A stretch of 49,614 bases of DNA from Spirogloea muscicola (taxonomy: Eukaryota), in assembly GCA_009602725.1 (NCBI GenBank), contig WELB01000011.1:911463-961076 (forward strand), written 5' to 3'. The translations under genes were made by a program, and so were the position numbers. Under the pieces are notes generated by a model. It saw only the letters and a list, made by a program, of their open reading frames with translations, was not told the origin of the DNA and ran no database searches. Of the stretch, positions 36,603-47,356 are shown piece by piece (positions within the stretch are counted from its first letter, which is position 1; every line of letters begins with the position of its first letter).

Positions 36603-39600
36603 AGACCTCTGCGTAAGCAGCGCCGTCAGCTGGGCGAGCTGGTCGGCCGGCAGCTGCACCGGGGCTGGCGCTGCGGGCATCCCCATGCCTGGCCTTGGTG
36701 GCGGCTGCTGCTGCTGGTGCTGTTGCGGCACCAGCGGCAGTGGCGGCGGCAGGTATGAGGCCGCCGAGTGCAGAGGAGCTGGCGGCGGGCCTGCCTGGAA
36801 GCCTTGCATCGCGCTGGCAAGAGCTGCGGTGGCAGGCGGAAGAGGTCCCTGCTGATGCTGCTGCGCCTGCTGCTGCTGCTGCTGCAAGCGGGGCGGGCTT
36901 GCAAACTGGGCCGCATACGGCGACGGCCCCGCCCCTCCTGCCGGCTGCAGCGCGGCCCCTGAGCTGTTGCTCTGGTGAGCCTGCAGCGCCGTTGCCGCCT
37001 CCAGATGCTGCAGTGGCTGCTGCATCTGCCAGTTGGGCGGCGGCGGCAGCGCAGTGCCAGAGGACGCAAACATGCCCGGCCGATAGGATGGCAGCGATAC
37101 GCCCGGCAAAGGGCCCCCCAGAGGGCCCACCACAGACGCAGCGGTGCTGGAAGAAGGCCCCTCAGGCGGCGGAGGGCCTCTGATTGCTGGCGGATGAGGC
37201 CGAGGACCACCCGACGTCGTCGATGGCGGCGGCTGTGACGGGCCCGGCGGGGCTGCAGTGCCTGGGGGAACGCCTGACAGGAGAGCGGGCTGACCGCTGC
37301 TGGCAAGCAGCCCATTGATGGTGGCAAGAAGCTCCGGCGTGAGACCCTGAACTCCGGCGAGCGCTGAGAGCTGCGACGGAGACGCCGCCAGAGCCGTCGG
37401 AGGGCCCCCCTGGCTGGTCAGCGGCGCCTGCGAAGGGCCCGGCCGTGCTTGCCCAGGCACAGCACCATCCTGTGTACGGTGTGGGGCGTACTGCTGCTGC
37501 GAGCCCTGCACCTGCTGCAAATAGTGGCCTGATGGTGGCGCATGGGACGCCGGCTGCAATGCCGGCGAGCTACCTGTTGCTGCCTGCTGCTGGTGCTGCA
37601 GCAGCACCTGCTGGTGCTGCATCAAGAGCGGCTGCGGCGGCGGGGCCGGCGGCCCCGTGGTACTGCTGCTGTCCACCAACGGCTGCTTCGGGGGGTACTT
37701 GAGGGCGAGCCCAAAGAGGCAGTCATTGCGGGGGACCTTGAGGACAACTTGTGCAAAGTCCGATGGAGGCACCAGGAAGAGCGTGGAGCCGTCAGCAAGC
37801 TCCCCCACGCCGGCGCGCCGCTTCTCTCCAAGGTACTGCACAAACTCCTCGTATGGTGGGACGTCCGGATCCTCCTCAGGCAGGAGCGCAACCACACCGA
37901 AGTCACCGGCCTGATACACATGCTGCGCTAGGATGTCGAGGTCTGTCCGTGCTCGGCAGTCAATGACATCTGGCCTGCACCCAAAAAGGAGCCAATTGGA
38001 CAGCTAATGAAGTGCTTGACAAATAGTTTCAGCGACCAGCCAAGCTGCACAATGACTCAACGTGTGACGCCAGTAGCCCACATCTTGTTGCTTGCACCTG
38101 CAACACACCTGCAACAGGGAAGCAAGCCACTTCCCCACTGACAAATATATACGAGTAGGCTGCTCGGAGCAACTCACAAAGCCGCATCAAGGGGCTTGCC
38201 CAGGGACGACGACCGCGCCTTGCACACGTGCACGCCACCTTTGGCCACGGAACCAAACCACGCAGCATTCCGGTCCGTGTACTGCGCCTGAAGAAGCGGC
38301 TGCCCCGGTGCACCGGGAACTGGGCCAGGGTTGAAGCCTGGAGGGCCGGGCTTGAGGCCCACATCAATACTTGACTCAGCCGGCAACCGACCGTGCTCGT
38401 ATGCAACACCCGCGGCGAGTGACTCCAGTGGTGGGAAGGTTTGCCCGTCACCAAAGCTCTGCCCCGCCATCCGCGCGCGCTTGGGGTCCCGATCAGCGAA
38501 CTCTCTTAGATGCGCTTCATCCCGGGCAGGGCCTCCCTGCCAGCTGGGGGTGTCACCCTCGCTGTGTGCGAGGCCAGCCCCAGAGGCCCCCCATGCATGT
38601 GGTACAGCATCGTGGTAGAGATCCCCGCCATGGGCATCTGTGAGGCCCCGCAAGAGCTTCTTGCCGGAGCCCGGGCCCACATCGTCCTTGCGCTCCGCAA
38701 TCTTCTCCTCCTCGGTTTTTGAGTACTTGATGTGAACACGCGCGTCGTTAAAGAGCTTGCCCTCCAGCGCCTCCCGGGCCGTGATGGCGTCCTGCAGGCG
38801 CTTGAACTGCACGAATGCATACGTGCGGCCGGGAAAAGCGCGTATGCGCTCCAGCTCGCCAAACACCGCAAACTCCTGCCTCAGGGCCGCTTCGTCCACA
38901 CGGAGGTACAGTGGAAACCCCACCCAGAGGACCTCCGTTGGCTCACCTATATCGTTCGGATCACTTGCTGCCTGCACATGACGAGCTTGCTGCTCTTTTA
39001 ACAGCTTTCCACGCAAGCTTGGCGCACAGAGGTAGACCAGCAACAGTGCCCGAAGACAACGGGACACTGCGGCAATCACCTTGCGGCCAGGAGGTGGAGG
39101 CCCTCGGTCTCTGCGTTCGCCTCCCCGGCCGTCGTAGTCATCAGACCTTGGAAGTCCACGGTCAGCCTGGCCTCTGCCGCCGTTCCTGTCACTTGGGTAG
39201 GGCCCTCTGACGTCCTGCAAAGCCACAACCACAGTGCTCATAGTTGAGTATGCCAGACACCCGCACTTGTCACGCGTACAGCAGTGACAGAGGCTGGCGA
39301 GACGATGTGCAGAAAGCGTCTGATGGTAGGCAAATCGGTGCGGTGCGCCGTGCGTCCAGGGCGAGAGCAGAGGGGCAAGTGGCTACGCCGCCCACGTAGA
39401 GGCCCTTGGCCGGCGACGCGCCGCCGCCGTCGTGCTTGTAGGCGCCGTCGCGGTCTCGCCGGGCGGCATGGTCGGAGAACCTGCCGCGGCCCCCGTCGCC
39501 CGGTCGCGGGCCCGGCCCGCGCTGGCCGCCTGGGAAGCCCTCCCGGTAGGCCGGGAGCTCCTGCACGACCACGGGCCCGCAGCACGACAAGCTCAGTGCC

Positions 39601-40019
39601 CGCGTCAGAGGCACGCACTCGTCCAGGCCTGCCTCCAGCACTGACTTATGGAGGTTGTCTTGAGCGATGGAGGGCCTGGGTGGCCAAGTACAAAGGCAAG
39701 CACATCGACAGGTGTACATCACCTGCTGCCAAGCTGACCCGCTCAGTAACCACGAGTCAGCACTGAGAAAGGAGGGAAAAGGCCAGCCCTGCCTGGACAG
39801 GCATGGGGTTGTGCCTCCACGGCGGCCTGAGGGGAGTACAGGCCCCCGCGGTCCTCGCGGCGGCTGCGGCCGGAGGCGCGGCCGGAGGCGCGGCCGAGTG
39901 CGCGGCGAAGAGCAGGACGGGGGTTTGGGGCGGGCGCTCACAGACGGCGAGGGCCCGGCGGCGCCGCCGCCGCGGCCGGCAGGGCGGAAGTGGTACTTGG
40001 GGGGCTCCCCGCGGTGCAT
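35799..40019 (-). CDS. FPA-like SPEN-family protein (RRM, SPOC, Q-rich tail)
   Basis: RRM (EVLWVGFP..RTYAFVQF..AREALEGKLFNDARVHIKYS), SPOC (WFGSVAKGG..YLGEKRRAGV..TLFLVPPSDF) and the C-terminal KRFQATLQLAAALLQQMQQ typical of plant FPA. Start codon tentative because it lies next to a gap. Confidence 0.85.
36478..36602 (-). repeat. CAG microsatellite encoding polyglutamine
   Basis: Uninterrupted (tgc)20 at 36541-36600 on the + strand inside a longer interrupted tract. A second tract lies at ~35966-36028. Confidence 0.95.
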
Positions 40020-40423
40020 GGCGCCGGCTGGAGGCAGCAGCGGCGGCTGCNNNNNNNNNNNNNNNNNNNNNNNNNNNNNNNNNNNNNNNNNNNNNNNNNN
40101 NNNNNNNNNNNNNNNNNNNNNNNNNNNNNNNNNNNNNNNNNNNNNNNNNNNNNNNNNNNNNNNNNNNNNNNNNNNNNNNNNNNNNNNNNNNNNNNNNNNN
40201 NNNNNNNNNNNNNNNNNNNNNNNNNNNNNNNNNNNNNNNNNNNNNNNNNNNNNNNNNNNNNNNNNNNNNNNNNNNNNNNNNNNNNNNNNNNNNNNNNNNN
40301 NNNNNNNNNNNNNNNNNNNNNNNNNNNNNNNNNNNNNNNNNNNNNNNNNNNNNNNNNNNNNNNNNNNNNNNNNNNNNNNNNNNNNNNNNNNNNNNNNNNN
40401 NNNNNNNNNNNNNNNNNNNNNNN

Positions 40424-41195
40424 GCTAGGGTCCTGGAAGTGGGTCCCCTGGACAGAGCCAGAGGCAGCAGCGAGGGCTCTCCCGGCACGAAGGTGCAGCG
40501 CACGGGCCATGGACCTCTGCAGCGAGACGGCCAAGCGCATGCGATACACTTGCGCCAGCGACCCGGCTGCAGGAAAGTCTACCGGTTCACCATGGAAGCG
40601 ACGGGCGATTGCGTGGCGGGCGAGCTGGTTAAGTAGCTCAAGCCACCGAGCGCCCAGTGCCCCATGGATGTCAATGGCCAACGGGAAGAACTCGTCTTCC
40701 GGTGGATGGTCGGCGTACTTGATCTCTTTTGCCCGAGCGGCGCAGGCGACCGCATACCCAGCCTTGGTGGCAGCCTTGAAGTGGGTCCCCTGGCCAGAGC
40801 CAGAGGCAGCAGCGAGGGCTCTGCCGGCACGAAGGTGCAACGCCCGGGCCATAGACCTCTGCAGCGAGACGGCCAGGCGCATTCGATACACTTGCGCCAG
40901 CGACCCGGCTGCAGGAAAGTCGACCGGCTCCCCATGGAAGCGACGGGCGATGGTGTGGCGGGCGAGCTGGGTGAGCAGCTCGAGCCACCGAGCGCCCAGC
41001 GCCCGATGGGTATCAATGGCCAACGGGAAGAACTCGTCTTCCCGCGGATGGTCTGCGTACTTCAGCTCTGTAGCCCGAGCAGCGCAGGCGACCGCATACC
41101 CAGCCTTGGTGGCACATTGAACTGGTTGTGAGCGGTCGTAGGCCTCAGTGGTCACCACGTCCAGGAGAAGACGTGGCCCGCCGGCCTGTGGCTGG
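40424..41195 (-). mobile_element. CRE-like REL endonuclease region, tandemly duplicated
   Basis: PRLLLDVVTT..AARATELKYADHP..FFPLAIDTH..RMRLAVSLQR..ASGSGQGTHF. The ATKAGY..THF block occurs twice in frame (~40432-40772 and ~40777-41113). Confidence 0.85.
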
Positions 41196-41220
41196 CCACC
41201 CTCCTCCCTCCCTCCCTTTC

Positions 41221-41721
41221 GGGGTTGCTCTTCCTCCCCTCAGCTCATCTGACTTCCTACTGCTGACACGGGGGTATTGAGGGCGCCCTGTCTGCCTAGC
41301 CTTTGGCTCCGTCATGAACACCTGTATGCATCTGGCTGGCATTTTACAGCCGATTCTTGAAAATCAGCAGCCGCATTCCTTTCAAGCTGACCAGCGGCGC
41401 CGGGAACAGGGTGCAGCCCTTCCCGGTGGCTCGGTGCCTGTGGGGCTTGTGTCCTGCTACTGAATGCGTTTGTCTATGTGCCTACAGCGGTCCAAGGCGA
41501 TTGCTTTGCATTGCCGGGCTGGTCGCGCCCTTGCAGCAGCCTCTGGTCTGCGCAGCGGGGTTGCTCTTCCTCCCCTCAGCTCATCTGACTTCCTACTGCT
41601 GACACGGGGGTATTGACGGCGCCCTGTATGCCTAGCCTTTGGCTCCGTCATGAACACCTGTGTGCATCTGGCTGGCAGTTCACAGCCGATTCTTTAATAT
41701 CAGCAGCCACCGCCCCCTTTC
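41221..41721 (+). mobile_element. Two direct copies of a third CRE-like subfamily 3' end (41221-41383 and ~41460-41721)
   Basis: MRLSMCLQRSKAIALHCRAGRALAAASGLRSGVALPPLSSSDFLLLTRGY*. About 150 bp are shared nearly identically between the copies. Confidence 0.8.
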
Positions 41722-41874
41722 AGAACTTGGCCACTTTGGACTCGATTGCTGCAGTACTCGAAACTCCTCCTCAGCTTCTTTAGCGCTTTCCTGGTCCCTC
41801 GACATTTGGTCCTTTTTCTGGGCTAGGGAAACACAGCCATCGCCCTCTACTGGAAGAGGCTTCCTTTCAAGCGA

Positions 41875-42010
41875 GCCCTCTCTCTGCATCGTCTGGTGTT
41901 TTGCAGTGCTTTGTAGTGTAGTCCTTTTTCGGTACTTCTATCTTGGCTTTGGACATTGTCCATTCTTGATGGGCTGGCTTTGCCAGCTCCTCTTCTCCAT
42001 GGGCTATTTC
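41875..42010 (+). mobile_element. CRE-like 3'UTR remnant
   Basis: tgtagtccttttt..ttggacattgtccatt..tgggctggctttgccag is similar to the reverse complement of 33125-33245. Confidence 0.55.
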
Positions 42011-42544
42011 TCTCGCCCATGCCACTGTCGCCACTGGCCCTCTGTCCCTACACAGCAATCCTGTCCATGAAGAGGCGATGGCTGTGGAAAACTAGCCCAG
42101 AGAGACAACCTGCACGGGGCCTGCAGCATCGCTCCGGCATCTAGTCCACGGTTTAACGCCTAGTCGCCGCCACCATGCTCAGCTCTGCCACCGCACAATC
42201 GGCTCCAGCAAGGCTGGCGGCTCCAAGGCAGCTTCTGCTAGAACACGCTGCCCTCTTAGGGGCATCCCTCCTGCAGGCTCGCTCTTAACGACCTTTTCAA
42301 GGCCCTGCACAAGGCACATGCCTAGCATTCTCTAGTGCTTGCTGCTGCGAAGAATAACCGTAACCCCTCCGTGACCAGGCCAGCGCAGACAGAGTCAGCA
42401 CTTGCCAGCTAAGCAGTACCGCTGCTCAGTGAAAAGGAAAACACCTCATTGAGACCCCAAGAGGCTCAATCAGACGAAGCAGCAAACAGCTTGCTGTATG
42501 TACATGGCCACCGATGAAGGGGCCTGCCGCTTGCTCCTGAGGCA

Positions 42545-45500
42545 CTACGCTTTGGGTTCTGTTGAGGTTGGGTGCGAGGGCGTGCCACGTCCGGCAGTGC
42601 AGAGCCACTCTAGGCAGGCCTTGAGGTCGCACAGCATGAACTTGAGTGCCTTAGTCCACCGTTCTTCACGGTTGAAGCTCTGCTTTATTGTGAACCCGTT
42701 GACCTCGTCATTTTCGATTCTGCATCAGTGACCAGCCTGCCTGGGGATCAGATGTGCAGTGGACTGCCTGAAGCTTGCCAACCCCACAGAGACACCAGCG
42801 CTATATGAGGAACCTATAGCAACAGCCTCACTTGTATGGAAGCTGGAAGCAGGATTGGCCAGGAGGCAGCTCAGCAGCGCGGTCACGGGCGTGCGCAAAG
42901 TCAGCAAACTCCTTGAGGCAGGCGAGGTAGAACACCATGGCCTTGTCATACCGGGTGCTCCAGAAGATGTTGACAGGCCCAAAACTGCAGCACAATGTCA
43001 TCAAAGGTGAAGTTTGTAACAACTGCAGCAACTACAGCCCAGAAAATTGAGGAGCCTGGGCAGATTAGATAATCTAGCATCTATTCCCCAATGCCCACAG
43101 TAGGGTTGTCTGCCTGCTTTTTAAGGAGAATTCAAGCAGCTCTCCGGTCTTCACTTGAGTTCAAAGAGTGGGAGGAGACGCACAGGTTGTAGGTATCTTT
43201 GCTGTCAGCTATTCTTGGATAGCTTCCCATAGGTAAGATCCGGTACCTATGCATTACCAATCACGCAAGTCGCACTTAGATCCTGCCCACAGATCAGGAT
43301 GACAGTATCCCCATTGCAAAAGGAGCTCCTCTTTGCTCTTCCTTCATCAGAGGGCACTTACGAGAAGGTCAAGCGACACAGGTGAGCCATGGTGAAAAGG
43401 AGGAGGCAGGCCTGGCCCCAAGCTGCATTGATCTCGTCCCACTCCACCTGCTCGCGCATAGGGCTCTCGTGAGACGCCCTGGCAACTCTGGCATGCACTT
43501 CTTGCTCGGGCAGATTGCTTCAGACACTGGCGAAACAGAGAGCTGAAAAGGAGTATGCCCCAATTCTAATCTGTGGAGGTGCAAGGTATCAACCGGGGAA
43601 TGAGGCAGCTTCCCAAGACGGAGGTTGCTGATTGTGCCAAAGTCGTCCTTGTACCAAATATAGAATACGTCATTCAAGACGTTGACGTGCTTCAGGGCCT
43701 CCAGCTGAGCAGACGCCACCTCAATTTTGGCAAACATTGCATCGCGCTCCTCCTGCGCACGTCATTGACAACATTGACTGCAAGCTCAGCAGGTGAACGT
43801 CCCCTCTAAACCCTTGCTGCGCTGTGGGGAGCATGAGCAGCAGATCTGCAGCACAGCTGGCGCTGGCCTCCTTGCGAGACAGGTGACATGTGACCAGCAG
43901 CAAGAGAAGCCAGTAAGTGTTCGGGTCAAGGGTGTGAGATGCTAACTTGCTACCAGTACTCACTTTCGACTCTAGGGGTCAGGATGCAGCGTACTGGGGT
44001 GCAATGTCTGCAGCAAACCTGGTGTGACGTCAATTGCAGCTTGAAGTCGTTGAACTCATGCCAATATCTGCAGTGACCGGTGTGCACCACAAACAAAATT
44101 AGCTGTGACCAGAGCACACCGCCTCGCAAGGAACATAGTTCACTAGTTGACCGCCAGGAGTAGCAGGGCGAGGATTCTGTGGAGCACAGTATGGAGCTTC
44201 ATGTCTCACCGCTCCTCAAGCTCGTCGAGCTCACGGGACTTGAGGCTGAGGCCTGCCAGCTGCGCCTGGACCTCCGCCTGCTGCTCCTCCATGCCCCGGA
44301 GCTGCCGCAGCAACTTCTGCTCCTCCTCCTCTGCCTGCCCCGCCCAGCAGCAGAGTGCTGGTATGTGACTGGCCTGGCCATCCATTACAGCACACTGGCA
44401 CCCACGTGCTTCACCAGCACCTTCCTTGTTACCTCTTTGTGCCCCTTACAAGACACAATGCTGGCCGCTTGCACGGCACTGTCGTGATGCTGTCTTCGTG
44501 GTAATGCGCAGCCGATACACTGTTGCAACGGCAGCACATGGAAGCCCTGACTAGCGAAGCGGATAGCATCAGCAAAGTTGGGCTTTCTGACTCATTGTCA
44601 TGAGGAGGCACAGGAGGCCTGCTCGCTAGAGCTTCTCTTGCCGCCGTGTTAGCGCATGACCCCATAAAGATGGGCAGCTGGGAGGCAACTGGGATGCTAG
44701 CTTTCTCAACCGAGCAGCCGCATATTGGCGGCGGCTCACCTTCTGCTTCTCTCGCGAGTAGTCCGCGTGGGTCATGCCGTGCGATGGCTCGGTCTCGAGC
44801 TCCGCCAGCAGCGCGGAGTATGCGACAATGTCGCGCTCCACCTCGTCGACCTCAGCCTCGAGCTCCTTGCAGAGCTCTCGTGTGCACTCCAAGCAGAGCG
44901 GGTGCTCCACCTGGTCCCATATAAGCGCGTGGTCATCATGAGATTGTCTGCAGCGTAAGGGCGCCGCTGCGCTCGGCGGCTGCACTGCAGGGGGGCGCGG
45001 CGGCGCTGACCTCGGTCTGCTGCGTCGCGATCTCGAATACGCGCGTGAGGATGGTGACCTTGGCGTCCAGGCTCGCGTTGCTCGCGTACGTCGTGGGCCC
45101 GCTGCCAGCGGAGGCGCCGCCACCGCCGCCATTACCGCCGCCACCGCCGCCGCCGCCGCCGGCTTCCCCGGCGTAGATGGACGCCGCAGCCGAGGGGAGC
45201 ATGACGAACGACCCGTCCATGGCGCCCCGCACGCCGGCTGCCGGGCCGCCGTCGGCGGCTGCTGCACCGCTCCCGCCCCCACGGGCCCCGGGGGCTGCTC
45301 GCTGCTTGCCGTTGCCGAGCACCACAAAAGAGTGGTCCATGCGGCTGCCCAGGAGCACGCTGCCAGCGCCCGCCGCCGCCGGCGCCGCTGCCGCCGCCGC
45401 ATGCGGTCCTGCGCGCGTCGGGATCGCGGCTCCGGCCAGCAGCAGGGGCATCCTGTGAGCTCCGGCAGCATCGCCATGGCTGGCCCTGCTGCAGGCCGCC

Positions 45501-45562
45501 ATGAAATGCAAAGGCGGCAACGGCAGCGCCGCCTCCGCTCACCGCCGGAACGGCCGCCGCCG

Positions 45563-45596
<34 letters not shown>

Positions 45597-45869
45597 TGCC
45601 GTACTTGTCCACGAGGGCGTCCACACCCGCGACCTCCAGCGGGTCGCGGCACATCTGGCAGAAGAGCCACCGCGGTGAATGAACAGTGGCCGCCAGCGGC
45701 GCGGCCGGCTTCGGCGGCGACGCCTGAAGCGGCGGCGGCAGCGGCGGCGGCGCGACCGCCACGTGGAGGCCAGAGATGGGGGAGAAAAGTGAGTGATGGA
45801 AAAGGCCTTTCTAATGCTTTTCCGATGGAGCGCTTTAGCACCACTTTTCTGGCCCCTTCGAACCTTCAT
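42545..45869 (-). CDS. ATG6: Autophagy protein ATG6 / Beclin-1
   Basis: [71 protein letters not shown] and [16 protein letters not shown] at 42545-42547. Start uncertain (45869 or 45762). Confidence 0.93.
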
Positions 45870-45887
45870 CGTTCTGGTCTCTCGGCT

Positions 45888-45948
45888 GGCCAATCACAGC
45901 CATCGCCCGCTGCTGGAAGAAGAAGAGCCTCTCTCTGATGGCTTATAA
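45888..45948. promoter_or_regulatory. Candidate bidirectional promoter elements (GGCCAATCA box, TTATAA)
   Basis: Motifs at 45888-45896 and 45943-45948 between the divergent ATG6 and RraA genes. Motif match only. Confidence 0.3.
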
Positions 45949-45964
45949 NGCCGGGCGGCCGACG

Positions 45965-46739
45965 ATGAGCCTGGCGACCACGGACTTGTGCGACGCGCAC
46001 GAGGGCGCGCTGGCCAGCGGCGAGCTGCGCGCGCTGCCGCCTGTGTTCCGGGCCTACGGCCGCCGCGCCGCCTTCTGCGGGCCCGTCCGCACCCTCAAGG
46101 TCGGCCCGCCGCGCCGTCCTGCGCCGCGATGGAGGCCCCCTCGGCTTGCCGGGGCCCGGGTTCTCCGCCACTGCTCGGGCCTCAGGATCCAGAGTGCACC
46201 TTGACACGTCGATCCCACTTAGTGTCAGAAGCGGCGGCGGCAACGGCGAGCTGGGCGCCCGCCCACTTGCGTCCAGCCGTCATCCTGGTCCTTGCGGCAG
46301 CCCGAGTAGTGGTGCCCATCAGGAGAGTCTTGATGGCGTGACGGCCTGCCGGGATGCGAGCGCTGGCTGTGGGGGAGCGCAGGTGTTCGAGGACAACACG
46401 CTGGTGCGCGCGGCGCTGGAGGGCTCCGGCGGCGGCTGCGTCCTGGTGGTCGACGGCGGCGGCAGCTTGCGCTGCGCGCTGCTGGGCGGCAGCCTGGCGG
46501 TGCTGGCGGAGAAGAACGGGTGGGCCGGCGTGGTGGTGCACGGCTGCGTGCGCGACACCGCCGAAATTGACGCCTGCGAGCTGGGCGTCCGCGCGCTCGC
46601 GCCGCACCCCGTCAAGTCGCTCAAGCGCGGCGAGGGCGCCGCCGACGTGCCCGTCGCCGTCGCCGGCGTGCCCGTGCGGCCTGGCGAGTGGCTGTACGCC
46701 GACGCCGACGGCGTCATCGTCTCCGCCTCCAAGCTCTGA
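45965..46739 (+). CDS. RraA-like / 4-hydroxy-4-methyl-2-oxoglutarate aldolase family protein
   Basis: Exons 45965-46099 and 46383-46739. Motifs [44 protein letters not shown] and LYADADG. Confidence 0.93.
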
Positions 46740-47356
46740 TGCTGCTGCGCAGCGAAGGACGGTCGACGTTGGGGGCTGCCGGCGCGCCTTCGCACAGGGC
46801 GCTGGGATCCTGCAAGTTGCGGACATGAGGCGATTTGGCTTCCTCAGACCACACCTCCACCAACATGCTGCGGCTGCTGCTGCAGCTCTTACGCAGCTCG
46901 AGAATCTGCGCCAACGCAGCCAACACCAATCCACTCCGCAGGCCTTGACTTTCTAGTGATTGTACAGAATGAATTCAACACAATGCCAAGTGGAAGGTGA
47001 CATCGTGCGTTGCCAGGACACGCTTGCAGCTTCTTCTGCTCAAGAGGAGCACAGCTTCTGGCACAGTCTAATACTTTCAGCAGCCTGCAATCCGCTGCAA
47101 TCCATCCATCTCCTTCCTAGAGCAAGACCCTGGCGTTGTCCCCCGAGCTGCGGAGCATGCTCTGCCAAGCTGCCTGCATGGCTCTGCACCTCCTCTCAAA
47201 GACGTAAAACCATGACAACTCCTCCTCCCCCTTTTGGCCCCACCCTACTCACGCTGCCAGTTGAGAGACATGACGTGTCATTTCGAGCTTTACTTGACCT
47301 ATTATCGGGCTAGGCGCAGGCATTCCCCAGGCCGCCGACGCACGCTAAGCACTACG

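Noticed and set aside
35749..36758. Poly-Cys, poly-Leu and poly-Ala ORFs on the plus strand
   Set aside because: Alternative readings of the CAG repeats in the FPA-like gene.
41221..41721. ~150-bp direct repeats as LTRs or CRISPR-like repeats
   Set aside because: They encode the LTRGY* end of a non-LTR element. There are no TG..CA termini, no PBS/PPT and no repeat-spacer periodicity.
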